Shown in pieces: positions 44,638 through 53,627 of a DNA stretch of 64,000 bases (its first letter is position 1; every line of letters starts with the position of its first letter). A program made the position numbers and the translations under genes. The notes below the pieces were generated by a model, which worked only from the letters and a program-made list of their open reading frames with translations, did not search any database and was not told the origin of the DNA. The stretch is from Clostridiales bacterium (GTDB lineage: Bacteria > Bacillota > Clostridia > Christensenellales > JAISNN01). The stretch is from NCBI GenBank assembly GCA_031289755.1, contig JAITOU010000027.1:5643-69642 (forward strand), written 5' to 3'.

Positions 44638-46263
44638 ATGGACTATAATTTTATGACATTGTCAAAACTTTGGGCGGATTATGTTCCCGATGCTTTCGCA
44701 TTCGATGCGACCGCTTCCGAAGAATCCGAAAAGGACGGCATTGTTTACAAAAAAACCTTTTTTACTTCCGAAAAAGCTTTGGACGGAGACGTAAGGGTCG
44801 CGTGCGGTATTACTCACAAAAAAGACTGCAACGGTCATGTAGTCGTGTATGCCGGCGACCTTTTTAAGGGCGGCGACAAGGAGATGATTTCACGTCTTGC
44901 AGAAGCCGGATATATTGTCGCGGATATTGATTTTTTACGGTCGGAATATCCCGAAAGTTTGTTTTACGGCAAGCCCGACGTTTCTTCGCCGTATTATCTG
45001 TATGCAAAGCCGTCCGCTAAGTATACTTCGTGGTACGTTTGGGCAAAAATGCTCAAAAGAGCGGCGGTATATATGCAGAGCGTCTACGGTTCGGATAAGG
45101 TTATCCTTATGGCGGAGAATAAGGCAACGACCGCCGCATATATGGCTGCCGGTTCGGACAAAAGCTTTTCGGCTCTTGTGACGGTATCGGGCGGCGGATA
45201 TATGTCTTATGACGGAATGTACAAGTACGGCGGCGAAACTCTCGTCATAGACGAAGAAAGAGAATGCTTTATCGCCGGAATAGAGGCGCAGACATATGCT
45301 AAGTTTATAGATATTCCCGTGCTTGTCCTTTTATCGACAAACGGCGCTTTGACCGACATCGACAGGGGCATGGATTTGTTTGACATCTTCGCCGGTCAAA
45401 AGACGCTCGTTATAAGCCCGAATCTCAGAGATTGTATCACGTCCGCCGCCGCCTACAATATCCCTATCTGGCTCGGCGAAGCGTTGAGCGGAGTACCGCT
45501 CAAAAAGAACCCTTCGGGAGAGATTGTCGTCAGCGAATATCAATACTATTTTAATGTCAAGACGGACGATTTTGACGGTATAGAAGCGGTAACGGTATAT
45601 TACAGTACGACAAATACCGTTCCATATTACAGAGAGTGGAAAAAAATCAAAGCGGAAGAGACCGTAGCCGGAGAATATATCGCCAAGCTCGAAATCGGCG
45701 AAGAAGCGGAGATACTCTTTGCCTTTGCGGACGTACATTATACGGACGGGCGTAATCTCTCGTCAAAATCCGTTGTAAAAACTCCTTTGGACGTAATACA
45801 AAAAGAAACAAATATCAAGAACCGTATCATATATTCCAGAGAAACCGGCATCAATTTTGTACCGTTAGGGCTTGACAGCCTTATTGCCGGCGAAAATCTC
45901 ATATCCCAATCGCCGGGGGCATACGGCATAACCGGCTTGACCTCTAAGGACGGCGGTATGATAAATTACAGCATCGGCTCTGCCGATACGGGCGGCGACG
46001 CGGCGGCTCTCCAAGCCGACGCTTACACTACGTCGGACAAAAGCTTTGTGATAAGTATCTTTAAATACGGCACGGACGGTACCGACGGCAAATATTCTTG
46101 CAGTGTAGATTTAAAGGCAGGCGACGAATGGCAGCGTATTTCACTCGAACCGCGTATGTTCAAAAACGACGGATTAAAATACGCCGACAGCTTTGAATGC
46201 GTAAAAATATTAGAGATAGAGAATGCTGACGGTATTATCTTTAACAACATTTTGTTTGTATAG
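44638..46263 (+). CDS. hypothetical protein; the N-terminal half resembles an acetyl-esterase/dienelactone-hydrolase alpha/beta fold but has no obvious GxSxG nucleophile
   Basis: ATG at 44638 has AAAGGAG upstream. LW.DY.P...F opening and HVVVYAGD...AEAGYIVADIDF. The position expected for GxSxG reads MAENKAT. Weak, by-eye similarity only. Confidence 0.45.
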   Translation: MDYNFMTLSKLWADYVPDAFAFDATASEESEKDGIVYKKTFFTSEKALDGDVRVACGITHKKDCNGHVVVYAGDLFKGGDKEMISRLAEAGYIVADIDFLRSEYPESLFYGKPDVSSPYYLYAKPSAKYTSWYVWAKMLKRAAVYMQSVYGSDKVILMAENKATTAAYMAAGSDKSFSALVTVSGGGYMSYDGMYKYGGETLVIDEERECFIAGIEAQTYAKFIDIPVLVLLSTNGALTDIDRGMDLFDIFAGQKTLVISPNLRDCITSAAAYNIPIWLGEALSGVPLKKNPSGEIVVSEYQYYFNVKTDDFDGIEAVTVYYSTTNTVPYYREWKKIKAEETVAGEYIAKLEIGEEAEILFAFADVHYTDGRNLSSKSVVKTPLDVIQKETNIKNRIIYSRETGINFVPLGLDSLIAGENLISQSPGAYGITGLTSKDGGMINYSIGSADTGGDAAALQADAYTTSDKSFVISIFKYGTDGTDGKYSCSVDLKAGDEWQRISLEPRMFKNDGLKYADSFECVKILEIENADGIIFNNILFV

Positions 46264-46308
46264 CGTTATCTACAAACCGCATAGACAATAATTTAAGGAG
46301 ATTTTAAA

Positions 46309-47019
46309 ATGAATAACGAAGAAGAGGCACTTTTGCAACCCCGTCTGACGACGGGCGGCAAAAAATCAAGTAAAAACAGCTTTTTATTAGACGCATTGAT
46401 AATAATGTTTGTCGTCATGCTGGCGTTTGCCGTTTCGGTCGTTTTGAGAGAATACGTTTTTGTATCGACGGATGTCAAGGGTACTTCTATGGAAAACACC
46501 GTTTTTGAAGGAGACGTCGTTTATCTTGTTCAGACCAAAAATATAAAAAGCGGAGATGTTATACGGGTTTTAAATCCTGATAAAACCGATATCGACCACC
46601 CTTATCTCATCAAACGCGTAATAGGTGTCGGCGGTGATACGGTCGAGATACATTATGTCTATAAAGCGACCGACACATATGAAAGAGCGCACCTTAGCGA
46701 CCCTGAATACGCCGGTTATATCTATATCGGCAGTAACGAAAATATGAAGCGTGTCGAAGGCTATGTCTATCTTAACGGCAAACAACTCGATGACGCTTAC
46801 ATCAAAAAACAAGGCGTGACATATTATGGCGGCAATACGGCTAAGTGGGAGGCTGAAACGTCTTCGGATACGTTCATTGTTCCCGACGGACATATATATT
46901 TTCTCGGCGATAACCGTCAGGTCAGTCTTGACAGCCGTATTCTCGGCACTACTCCGTACAGCGAGATTAAAGGCAAGGCGATTTTTCTCATAAGAAATTC
47001 TAAGATAATATTATTATAA
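46309..47019 (+). CDS. lepB: signal peptidase I
   Basis: N-terminal TM helix, GTSMENTV (Ser box), LIKRVIGVGGDTV (Lys box) and GDNRQVSLDSR. Confidence 0.9.
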   Translation: MNNEEEALLQPRLTTGGKKSSKNSFLLDALIIMFVVMLAFAVSVVLREYVFVSTDVKGTSMENTVFEGDVVYLVQTKNIKSGDVIRVLNPDKTDIDHPYLIKRVIGVGGDTVEIHYVYKATDTYERAHLSDPEYAGYIYIGSNENMKRVEGYVYLNGKQLDDAYIKKQGVTYYGGNTAKWEAETSSDTFIVPDGHIYFLGDNRQVSLDSRILGTTPYSEIKGKAIFLIRNSKIILL

Positions 47020-47050
47020 AAACGCACGTTCAAAGAATGGGAAGCAACAT

Positions 47051-48496
47051 ATGAAATTAAATTATAAACAGACGATATTCGTCGGATTGGCATTTTTTTC
47101 CATACAGATATTTTGGCAGTTTTATTATGCGTATATGCCGTTGACGCTTTCGCTCATCTTTGGGCTTGACGACTTACAGCGCGGCGCGGTAATGAGTATC
47201 GACAATTTTATCGCGCTTTTTATGCTTCCGCTATTCGGAATGCTCTCGGACAAGACAAAAAACAAGTACGGCAAAAGAAAGCCGTATATCCTTATCGGCA
47301 CTTTGCTCAGCGTGCTGTTTTTTATCGGAATGGGTACGTTCGAGCATATGCAGCTCAACGCGCTGGTTCAAAACGGTCATTTAACAAATATAGTCGGGCT
47401 TGATTCCGAACAAATACGTCTCACGGCATATGAATTTATGAAGACTAATCCGGCGATATTTGTCGGCTTTATCATCTTTGTCGTCCTGACGCTCTTTTCG
47501 ATGGGAATACACAGGACGCCTGCGGTGGCTCTCATGCCGGACGTCACTTCAAAGCCCCTGCGTTCGCAGGGCAACGCCATTATCAATCTCATGGGCGGAG
47601 CAGGGGGCGTGATAGCGACGGTGATATTTACCTTTCTCGTAAAGGATTATGAGACAAAAATGACGGCATACATAATAACCGCCGCCGTAATGGTTGTCGC
47701 TATAATATTGTTTTTTATATTGGTTGACGAGCCTGCGCTTGTCGCAAAGAGAGAAAAAATCGACCGTGAAAACGGTATCGACGACGGTATTACTGCGGCA
47801 AAGGTCCGCCTTGCTAAGCCGGTTCAAAAGAGCTTACTTTTCCTTTTGGCGTCTATTGCGCTTTGGTTCATAGGCTATTACAGCATATATTCGTCCTTTA
47901 CTATATACGCCAACCAAAATCTCGGAATGGCGGACGGCAAGGCGGGTATCTTTTTTATCATAGCCATGTTTGTATCGGCGGTCGCCTTTATACCTATCGC
48001 ATATTTCTCGTCTACCGCCGGACGCAAAAAGACCATAATGGGCGGAATAATCCTATTAGCCGTGTCATTGGGTGCGGGAGTTTTTGTCACAAAGAACAAT
48101 ATATGGCTGATGTATATCCTGTTTCCGCTTGTCGGGGTAGGCTGGGCGAGTATCAACGTCAATTCCTTTCCTATGGTTGCGGAGATGTCTACCGGCTCGA
48201 ACGTCGGCAAATTTACGGGCTATTATTATGCGGCGTCTATGGCGGCGCAGGGCTTAGCTCCGATATTTTCGGGATTTTTTATGAAGGCGATAGACCGCAC
48301 GGTCCTGTTTCCTTTGGGCGCGGTTTGCGTCGCGCTGTCCTTTGTCACCATGCTTTTTGTCAAGCACGGCGACAGCAAAATGCCGCCAAAAAAGAGCGGC
48401 GAACCGCTCACAACCGATGAAACGTCAAACGCCGACGAAGTACCCAATGTAGGCGAACCGCTCAAAGCCGACGAAACGCTAAACGCCGAAGTGTAA
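47051..48496 (+). CDS. MFS transporter (GPH/SLC45-like sugar:cation symporter type)
   Basis: 12 predicted helices. FGMLSDKTKNKYGKRKPYILIG loop motif. The C-terminal tail has an imperfect repeat, GEPL(T/K)(T/A)DET(S/L)NA. Confidence 0.8.
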   Translation: MKLNYKQTIFVGLAFFSIQIFWQFYYAYMPLTLSLIFGLDDLQRGAVMSIDNFIALFMLPLFGMLSDKTKNKYGKRKPYILIGTLLSVLFFIGMGTFEHMQLNALVQNGHLTNIVGLDSEQIRLTAYEFMKTNPAIFVGFIIFVVLTLFSMGIHRTPAVALMPDVTSKPLRSQGNAIINLMGGAGGVIATVIFTFLVKDYETKMTAYIITAAVMVVAIILFFILVDEPALVAKREKIDRENGIDDGITAAKVRLAKPVQKSLLFLLASIALWFIGYYSIYSSFTIYANQNLGMADGKAGIFFIIAMFVSAVAFIPIAYFSSTAGRKKTIMGGIILLAVSLGAGVFVTKNNIWLMYILFPLVGVGWASINVNSFPMVAEMSTGSNVGKFTGYYYAASMAAQGLAPIFSGFFMKAIDRTVLFPLGAVCVALSFVTMLFVKHGDSKMPPKKSGEPLTTDETSNADEVPNVGEPLKADETLNAEV

Positions 48497-48645
48497 AATT
48501 TTTAAGACAACCGCGTACGGTTGCCTTTATCCTGTTTAAATATATAAAATTTCAAGGCAATCCGATACGGATTGCCTTATTTTATTTAAGTCTATTAAAA
48601 GATTAATGCAAATCTATACGGGGTTGCCTTAATATTTTTAAAATT

Positions 48646-49203
48646 TCAGTTAAATTGCAAATTTGTCCGTCTGATTATGTAATACACGGGTATGCCTATT
48701 CCGTATACTATAACGGCTTGGGAAATAAATATCGACAAGACGTTGATAAAGAAAGCCGCATCAAAGCCGAGTATCAGCCACATGAGCGGCAGCAGGAGAG
48801 CGTTGATAAGGACGGGAAATGCCGCGCCGACAAATTGATTTTTTCTAAAACGGTAGGTAAGACAGCCTGCGATAAGCGTCGCGGCAGTGCCGATGATGAC
48901 GTCTGCCACCCCGAAAGGCGAAAAGAGATTTGTTATAAGGCAGCCGATGGTCAAGCCGATGATATTTGTCCAAGAGAAAAGGGGCAGGATGGTCATAAAT
49001 TCGGCGACACGAAGCTGAACTATCCCAAAGGTGAACGGCTGCAAAAAATAAGAGAGAACAAAATACAAAGCGGCAATGACCGCATTGACGGCGATTTGCC
49101 TTGTCGTCAGACGCGGAATTTTAGAGAAAATTTGCACAAAAAAAGATAGAAATGCTTTGAAAAAGGATTTTACTTTGGTAGAAATTTTTGAGAAAATTTG
49201 CAT
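48646..49203 (-). CDS. queT: queuosine-precursor transporter QueT (ECF S-component type)
   Basis: TTRQIAVNAVIAALYFVLSYFLQPFTFGIVQLRVAEFMTILP matches the QueT/COG4708 signature. AGGAG lies 8 nt upstream of ATG 49203. Confidence 0.8.
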   Translation of the reverse strand: MQIFSKISTKVKSFFKAFLSFFVQIFSKIPRLTTRQIAVNAVIAALYFVLSYFLQPFTFGIVQLRVAEFMTILPLFSWTNIIGLTIGCLITNLFSPFGVADVIIGTAATLIAGCLTYRFRKNQFVGAAFPVLINALLLPLMWLILGFDAAFFINVLSIFISQAVIVYGIGIPVYYIIRRTNLQFN

Positions 49204-49210
49204 AAAAAAA

Positions 49211-49254
49211 GCTCCTGTTTTTATTTTCGTCGGGTTGATACCGGAATACCGACG
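49211..49254 (-). promoter_or_regulatory. probable preQ1-I riboswitch (translational, SD-sequestering)
   Basis: The minus-strand RNA is CGUCGG-UAUUCCGGUAUCAAC-CCGACG-AAAAUAAAAACAGGAG, which is P1, loop, P1', then an A-rich tail ending in the SD. Compare the T. tengcongensis aptamer CUGGG-UCGCAGUAA-CCCAG-UUAACAAAACAAGG. Loop UCC can pair with GGA of the SD. The loop is longer than in canonical examples. Confidence 0.5.
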
Positions 49255-49426
49255 TTTTTTGATTTGACAGGCATAATGATAGCATAAAATATTGTAAAAA
49301 GCTACTGTTTTTTTGCCTTTTACGCTAAACGTCTATACTTTTTAAGTGTTTTATGGTATAATTTTGCATATATTAAAGTGAAGAATAAAAAACTGCACAG
49401 ATTAAGCTTTGACAAACGGAGGGCTT

Positions 49427-49906
49427 ATGTTTGATTTTAACAACACCGATAAGGTATTTAACAATGTCACCAACGGCGGCGCATTCCTTGTCGCCGGTAA
49501 GTCGCCCAACGTCATGACGATAAGCTGGGGAATGACGGGCGTGCTTTGGGGAAAAAAGCTTTTTCTCGTTCCCGTCAGAGAATCGAGATATACAAAAACA
49601 AAATTGGACGAGTCGGGCGAATTTACCGTGAGCGTGCCTTACAATAAGCTCGGCAAGGAATTGGCTTTTTGCGGTTCGCACAGCGGCAGAGATTGCAACA
49701 AATTTCAAGAGACCGACCTGATGACGGTCAAGGCAAAGGCGGTTGACACCTATGTCGTCAACGGCTGCGACTATTATTTTGAATGCTCGGTTTTGGCAAA
49801 AGTGCCGCTGACGGACGAATTTTTGCAATTATTTCCTAAGCTCTACACCGTCAAAGACCTGCACACCTTGTATTTCGGCAAAATTCTAACGGAGTACGGC
49901 AAATAA
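49427..49906 (+). CDS. flavin-reductase-like (FMN-binding split-barrel) protein
   Basis: ATG at 49427 has GGAGGG upstream. NVMTISWGMTGVLWGKKLFLVPVRESRYT is typical of the Flavin_Reduct family. Confidence 0.65.
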   Translation: MFDFNNTDKVFNNVTNGGAFLVAGKSPNVMTISWGMTGVLWGKKLFLVPVRESRYTKTKLDESGEFTVSVPYNKLGKELAFCGSHSGRDCNKFQETDLMTVKAKAVDTYVVNGCDYYFECSVLAKVPLTDEFLQLFPKLYTVKDLHTLYFGKILTEYGK

Positions 49907-49950
49907 TAGACTCGTATCCCGATATTTTTTATTTACCCTTCAAAAAACAG

Positions 49951-50024
49951 TTGACACAAAAAATTGTTTGTGATATTATTTATCCATAGCAAAGGCGCGG
50001 TATATTTACGGCGTCTTTTTTTTG
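49951..50024 (+). promoter_or_regulatory. promoter plus leader: TTATCCA, AAAGGC motif, intrinsic terminator (second copy of the nitrogen-operon leader)
   Basis: ttgaca at 49951-56, N17 ending in tga, tattat at 49974-79, ttatcca at 49980-86, and aaaggc at 49991-96. Hairpin ggcgcgg-tatattta-cggcgtc plus T8 at 49994-50024. The Amt-PII ATG is 257 nt further downstream. Confidence 0.5.
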
Positions 50025-50280
50025 TTTTAAAGCGTTGCTTCCGATGATTTCGGTTTGCGCGCTTTGTCCGTTATGTCGGATACGGTTTTTTTTGAGCGGT
50101 ATTCGGTGATGCGGAGCTATAAAATTTAATTGTATATCGGTTGGCATCGGCACAACGGCGTGTTCCTGACTTTAAGGAGTATGCCGTTCTTTTTTTTGAC
50201 GGAGAGGCGGCAAAAGGGGATTCGCGTACGGACCGTAAATAATTTTGATAAAAATAATAAAATAAATTTTTGGAGGCATT

Positions 50281-51948
50281 ATGGATACTTTTATTTGGTT
50301 TCTAATCGGAGCCGCGCTGGTTTTCTTCATGCAGTGCGGATTTGCGATGGTGGAGTCGGGCTTGACGAGAGCAAAAAACGCCGGCAATATCATCATGAAA
50401 AATCTCATGGATTTTTCTATCGGGACGGTCGTCTTTATGACGCTCGGCTTTGGACTGATGATGGCGGAGGATTATGTCGCGGGCATAATCGGCGTGCCTA
50501 ATCTCGACATCTTCTTTAACTTCAAAGACCCTGCGGTGGCTTCGAGCTTTGTTTTTAACCTTGTTTTTGCGGCGACGGCGGCGACAATCGTGTCGGGAGC
50601 TATGGCGGAGCGCACAAAGTTTTCGGCATACTGTATATACAGCCTTGTCATCAGCGCGGTCATCTATCCGATAGAAGCAGGCTGGGTATGGAATACTGCC
50701 GGTTGGCTTGTCGGTATGGGCTACATCGACTTTGCAGGCTCGTCGGCTATTCATATGGTCGGCGGTATAACCGCCTTAATCGGCGCGATTTTCTTAGGGC
50801 CGAGACTCGGCAAATACAGAAAGCAAAAGGACGGCTCGATAAAGTCGGTAGCTATTCCGGGACACAATCTCGCGATAGCGGCTCTCGGCGTCTTTATACT
50901 TTGGTTCGGTTGGTACGGCTTTAACGGCGCGGCGGCGACCGAGCCGGGACAATTAGCTCTGATTTTTGTCAATACTACGATATCTCCCGCCGTCGCCTGC
51001 GTTGCGACAATGGGGTATACATGGATAAAAAATAAAAAGCCCGACGTGTCTATGACGCTCAACGGCGCGCTTGCCGGGCTTGTCGCCATTACCGCTGGGT
51101 GTTCGGATGTAAATCCTCTCGGCGCGGCGATAATCGGTCTTATATCGGGAGTCCTTGTCGTAGTCGCAGTCGAATTTATCGACCTGAAATTGCACGTTGA
51201 CGACCCTGTGGGAGCGGTAGCCGTACACGGTGTCAACGGTATCTTCGGTACTATTGCGGTAGGTTTTTTTGCTACCGACGGCGGTCTTTTTTACGGCGGC
51301 GGCTTTAAGCTCTTGGGTGTGCAGGTACTCGGTGTAATCGCTATCGCCGCATGGACGGTCGCGACGATGTCGCTTGTCTTCTTTCTCGTCAAAAAGTTTC
51401 ACGGACTCAGGGTATCTAAGGAAGACGAGGTCAAGGGTCTTGACATCACCGAACACGGTTTGGTCAGCGCATACGCCGGATTTTCCACAGCGTTTGAAGA
51501 CCTTTATGACGGTATAGACGTTCCGGAAGGGGCTGTCGCGATAGACGAAGCAGTACCCGTGCAGGTCAAGACGGCAAAGGGCATAGCGTCAGACGTCAAG
51601 ATGTCAAAGGTAGAAATTATATGTAAGGAAACAAAATTTGACGCCCTAAAAGAAGCCATGAGCAAAATCGGGGTAACGGGCATGACGATAACAAAGGTGT
51701 TGGGTTGCGGCGCGCAAAAGGGCAGTACCGAAAAATATCGCGGCGCGGACGTCGAAATCACACTCCTGCCAAAAATACAAGTCGAAATCGTCGTTTGCAA
51801 AGTACCCGTTAAGACGGTGGTAGACACCGCCAAAAAGATTCTATATACGGGAAATATCGGCGACGGCAAGATATTTGTCTACGACGTCGAAAATGTCATC
51901 AAAATACGCACGGGCGAAGAAGGCTACGACGCCCTGCAAGACAGCTAA
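50281..51948 (+). CDS. amtB: ammonium transporter fused in-frame to a C-terminal PII (GlnK/GlnB) domain
   Basis: A single 555-aa ORF. The Amt core carries FMQCGFAMVESG, AAATIVSGAMAER, DFAGSSAIHMVGG and AVHGVNGIFGT. A ~45-aa linker is followed by MSKVEIICK...VTGMTITKVLGCGAQKGSTEKYRGADV...GDGKIFVYDVENVIKIRTGEEG, a PII fold with T-loop Tyr. Confidence 0.9.
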   Translation: MDTFIWFLIGAALVFFMQCGFAMVESGLTRAKNAGNIIMKNLMDFSIGTVVFMTLGFGLMMAEDYVAGIIGVPNLDIFFNFKDPAVASSFVFNLVFAATAATIVSGAMAERTKFSAYCIYSLVISAVIYPIEAGWVWNTAGWLVGMGYIDFAGSSAIHMVGGITALIGAIFLGPRLGKYRKQKDGSIKSVAIPGHNLAIAALGVFILWFGWYGFNGAAATEPGQLALIFVNTTISPAVACVATMGYTWIKNKKPDVSMTLNGALAGLVAITAGCSDVNPLGAAIIGLISGVLVVVAVEFIDLKLHVDDPVGAVAVHGVNGIFGTIAVGFFATDGGLFYGGGFKLLGVQVLGVIAIAAWTVATMSLVFFLVKKFHGLRVSKEDEVKGLDITEHGLVSAYAGFSTAFEDLYDGIDVPEGAVAIDEAVPVQVKTAKGIASDVKMSKVEIICKETKFDALKEAMSKIGVTGMTITKVLGCGAQKGSTEKYRGADVEITLLPKIQVEIVVCKVPVKTVVDTAKKILYTGNIGDGKIFVYDVENVIKIRTGEEGYDALQDS

Positions 51949-52000
51949 TCAAATACCGATAATGAAAATGATGTAAAGGAGAGTGCAGACACTCCAAACA

Positions 52001-52045
52001 AAAAAACAAAGCCGTTAGCTTGATTGCGGACGGCTTTGTTTTTTA
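52001..52045 (+). terminator. intrinsic terminator of amt-PII
   Basis: Hairpin caaagccgt ... acggctttg (9 bp) followed by T6. Confidence 0.75.
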
Positions 52046-52066
52046 GCTTTTTGTACTTAAAAAATA

Positions 52067-52160
52067 TTTTACTGCACAATTTAATGAAGAAATTGTGCAG
52101 TAAAATGCTTTAATTAGTTGATTTACTGCACAATTTGTGATAGACTTTATGCAGTAAAGG
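52067..52160. promoter_or_regulatory. operator-like palindromes (TTTACTGCACAATTT motif x3-4) upstream of fic
   Basis: ttttactgcacaattt-aatgaag-aaattgtgcagtaaaa at 52067-52105 is a perfect 16-bp inverted repeat. atttactgcacaatttg at 52121-52137 pairs imperfectly with tttatgcagtaaa at 52147-52159, which abuts the SD. Confidence 0.6.
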
Positions 52161-52168
52161 AGCATACA

Positions 52169-53215
52169 ATGAGAGTATTTGATTATTCGTTTTTAAAAAA
52201 TGCTATGTTGCCGTCTAATCTGATTGATATTACAAGCGGTATAAGCGAGTTAAAGATTTTGCAGAATATCCGAAAAAATGATTTCAAAGAAATCTTCATT
52301 AAGCTTGAAAGCATAGCCAAAGTTCAATCGGTTAAGGGTTCAAATGCGATAGAAGGAATTATTACAAGCGACAAGCGAATAGAAGAAATAGTCAATAATA
52401 GCAGTGCGCCGTTAAATCACAACGAAGCGGAGATTGCCGGATATCGCGACGCGCTTCATTTGATACATGACGGGCATCAAAATATAGATATCAAAGAGAG
52501 CGACATACTCAAACTTCATCAAACATTGTTGTACTATACGGCATATGCCGAACGCGGAGTATATAAGACAAGCGACAACATGATTTTAGAGATTGACGCC
52601 TTTGGCAACCGCAAGGTTCGTTTTTCGCCCACACCTGCCGCCGAAACGCGTATGGCTATGGAGCAGGCGTGTTTGGCATATGCGGCGGCGAGAGCCGACA
52701 GCGGTATAAATCAGCTTCTATTGATTCCGTGTTTTATATTGGATTTTTTGTGTATACATCCGTTCTCGGACGGTAACGGCAGAATTAGCAGATTATTATC
52801 GCTTCTGCTCTTATACAAGAACGGCTTTGACGCAGGGAAGTATATCTCATTTGAAGAACAGATAAACAAGAGCAAAAATGTGTATTATGAATCGCTCCGT
52901 CTATCATCGGATAATTGGAGCAGCGGCAAAAACACATATGTGCCGTTTATAGAAAATTTTATCATGACGCTTTTGATGTGCTACAAGGAGTTAGATTCTC
53001 GTTTTGCGCTTATTAACGGAAAGCGTGTGACAAAGAAAGAGCGTGTCGAAGCAACTTTGCTCAATAGCTTAATGCCTATCGGCAAAAAAGAAATCGCTTA
53101 CGTTTTGCCCGATGTGAGCGCGTCTACAATAGAAGCCGTACTCTCTGAAATGATAAAAAATGGTAGAGTAAAGAAGCTCGGCGGCTTTAAAGACGCAAAA
53201 TATTTAAGGCTTTGA
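52169..53215 (+). CDS. fic: Fic-family (Fido) protein, class II (N-terminal inhibitory helix), with a C-terminal wHTH-like region
   Basis: ATG at 52169 has AAGGAG upstream. Active-site motif is HPFSDGNGRISR. The inhibitory motif S-N-A-I-E-G ([ST]xxxE[GN]) lies upstream of the Fic core. Confidence 0.9.
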   Translation: MRVFDYSFLKNAMLPSNLIDITSGISELKILQNIRKNDFKEIFIKLESIAKVQSVKGSNAIEGIITSDKRIEEIVNNSSAPLNHNEAEIAGYRDALHLIHDGHQNIDIKESDILKLHQTLLYYTAYAERGVYKTSDNMILEIDAFGNRKVRFSPTPAAETRMAMEQACLAYAAARADSGINQLLLIPCFILDFLCIHPFSDGNGRISRLLSLLLLYKNGFDAGKYISFEEQINKSKNVYYESLRLSSDNWSSGKNTYVPFIENFIMTLLMCYKELDSRFALINGKRVTKKERVEATLLNSLMPIGKKEIAYVLPDVSASTIEAVLSEMIKNGRVKKLGGFKDAKYLRL

Positions 53216-53375
53216 GTACTGCAATACGGACAAGATGTCTGCAAATGAGATGAAAAATGAACGCTTTAAGAAAAGAAATAAACGACTGTAAAAGCTATTT
53301 CCCGACCAAAAACTATCGGCTATTTTGCCTATTGTAGAGATTATAGCGGAAGAAAGTTTTAAGGAGAACATCAAT

Positions 53376-53627
53376 ATGCAAACAGTAAGAGTAACACCGG
53401 ACGGGCAATTGACCTTGCCAAAAGAAATACGCGAAAAGCTCGGACTTAAAAACGGCGGAAAAATAACATTCATTGAAAACGACGAAAATGTTATTATAAA
53501 AAATCAAAGCATTTTAGCTTTAAATGAAGTACAAGAAGCATTTAAAGGAGAATTTCAAAAAGCCGGTTTAAAGAACGAAGCTGACGTTGTACAAATGATA
53601 AAAGAATATAGACGGTCAAAACAATGA
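53376..53627 (+). CDS. AbrB/MazE/SpoVT-family antitoxin-like DNA-binding protein
   Basis: ATG at 53376 has AAGGAG upstream. MQTVRVTPDGQLTLPKEIREKLGLKNGGKITFIENDENVIIK is a swapped-hairpin barrel signature. Confidence 0.8.
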   Translation: MQTVRVTPDGQLTLPKEIREKLGLKNGGKITFIENDENVIIKNQSILALNEVQEAFKGEFQKAGLKNEADVVQMIKEYRRSKQ

